This document shows, piece after piece, positions 62,743-64,000 of a DNA stretch of 64,000 nucleotides (positions are counted from its first letter, which is position 1; each line of letters opens with the position of its first letter). A program made the position numbers and the translations under genes. The DNA comes from Eledone cirrhosa (Eukaryota). The stretch is taken from contig OZ024766.1 in NCBI GenBank assembly GCA_964016885.1, forward strand, positions 9,424,001 through 9,488,000, read 5' to 3'. The notes under the pieces are model-generated. The model had not been told where the DNA came from. It made no database searches and worked only from the letters and a program-made list of their open reading frames with translations.

Positions 62743-64000
62743 CACACTCATACATATATAAACACATAAACACTCACATGTATATGTATATATATATATG
62801 TATATACAAATATATATACACACTCACATATATAAACACATAAACACTCGCATATATATGTATATATATGTATATACAAATATATATATACACAATCACA
62901 CATATAAACACATAAACTCGCATATATATGTATATACAAATATATATATACACAATCACACACATATATATAAACACATACACTCGCATATATATGTATA
63001 TACAAATATATATATACTCACTCACATATATATAAACACATACACTCGCATATATATGTATATATATATGTATATACAAATATATATATACACAATCACA
63101 CACATATATAAACACATATACACTCGCATATATATGTATATATATATGTATATACACAATCACACACATATATATAAACACATATACGCTCGCATATATA
63201 TGTATATATATGTATATACAAATATATATATACACAATCACACACATATATATAAACACATAAACTCGCATATATATGTATATATATATGTATATACAAA
63301 TATATATATACACACTCACAAACATATAAACACATATACACTTGCATATATATGTATATACAAATATATATATACTCACTCACACATATATAAACACATA
63401 CACTCGCATATATATGTATATATATATATGTATATACAAATATATATATACACACTCACACACATATAAACACATATACACTCGCATATATATGTATATA
63501 TATATGTATATACAAATATATATATACACTCACACACATATAAACACATATACACTCGCATATATATATGTATATATATATGTATATACAAATATATATA
63601 TACACAACCACACACATATATATAAACACATATACACTTGCATATATATGTATATACAAATATATATATACTCACTCACATATATATAAACACATACACT
63701 CGCATATATATGTATATATATATGTATATACAAATATATATATACACAATCACACACATATAAACACATATACACTCGCATATATATGTATATATATATA
63801 TGTATATACACAATCACACACATATAAACACATATACACTCGCATATATATGTATATACAAATATATATATACTCACTCACACATATATAAACACATATA
63901 CACTCGCATATATATGTATATATATATGTATATACAAATATATATATACACTCACACACATATAAACACATATACACTCGCATATATATATGTATATATA
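62706..64000. repeat. TA/CA-rich degenerate minisatellite
   Basis: Recurrent TAAACACATATACACTCGCATATATATGTATATACAAAT unit running to the window end. Confidence 0.9.

Overview
This is eukaryotic, intron-rich, repeat-dense animal DNA. The SINE, RTE and microsatellite landscape is consistent with a coleoid cephalopod such as an octopod, but that is an inference. Three spliced genes can be reconstructed by hand. (1) GABPB (GA-binding protein beta; ankyrin repeats, NLS, leucine zipper), + strand, 11 coding exons at 4181-32361, about 711 aa. (2) GTF2A2 (TFIIA gamma), - strand, 3 coding exons at 45083-42757, 106 aa, with a probable 3'-UTR intron. (3) The 5' part of a LYSMD1/2-like gene, + strand, with TWO different exons (49573-49743 and 59896-59991) that each encode the first half of the LysM domain and end at the same phase-0 splice position. 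Most long ORFs in the supplied track are translations of minisatellites or microsatellites. Several of those arrays were visibly amplified from pieces of SINEs, an RTE LINE ORF or piggyBac-like MITEs. The main hidden layer is a population of 17 type-I hammerhead-ribozyme folds from several families, resembling Penelope-like-element/retrozyme termini and mostly embedded in (TA)n. They include a tandem dimer that would release a 168-nt unit, a three-copy family with a non-canonical CAGAAGA core, and a family whose cleavage site cuts inside an AATAAA signal. All structures were folded by eye; no searches were run.
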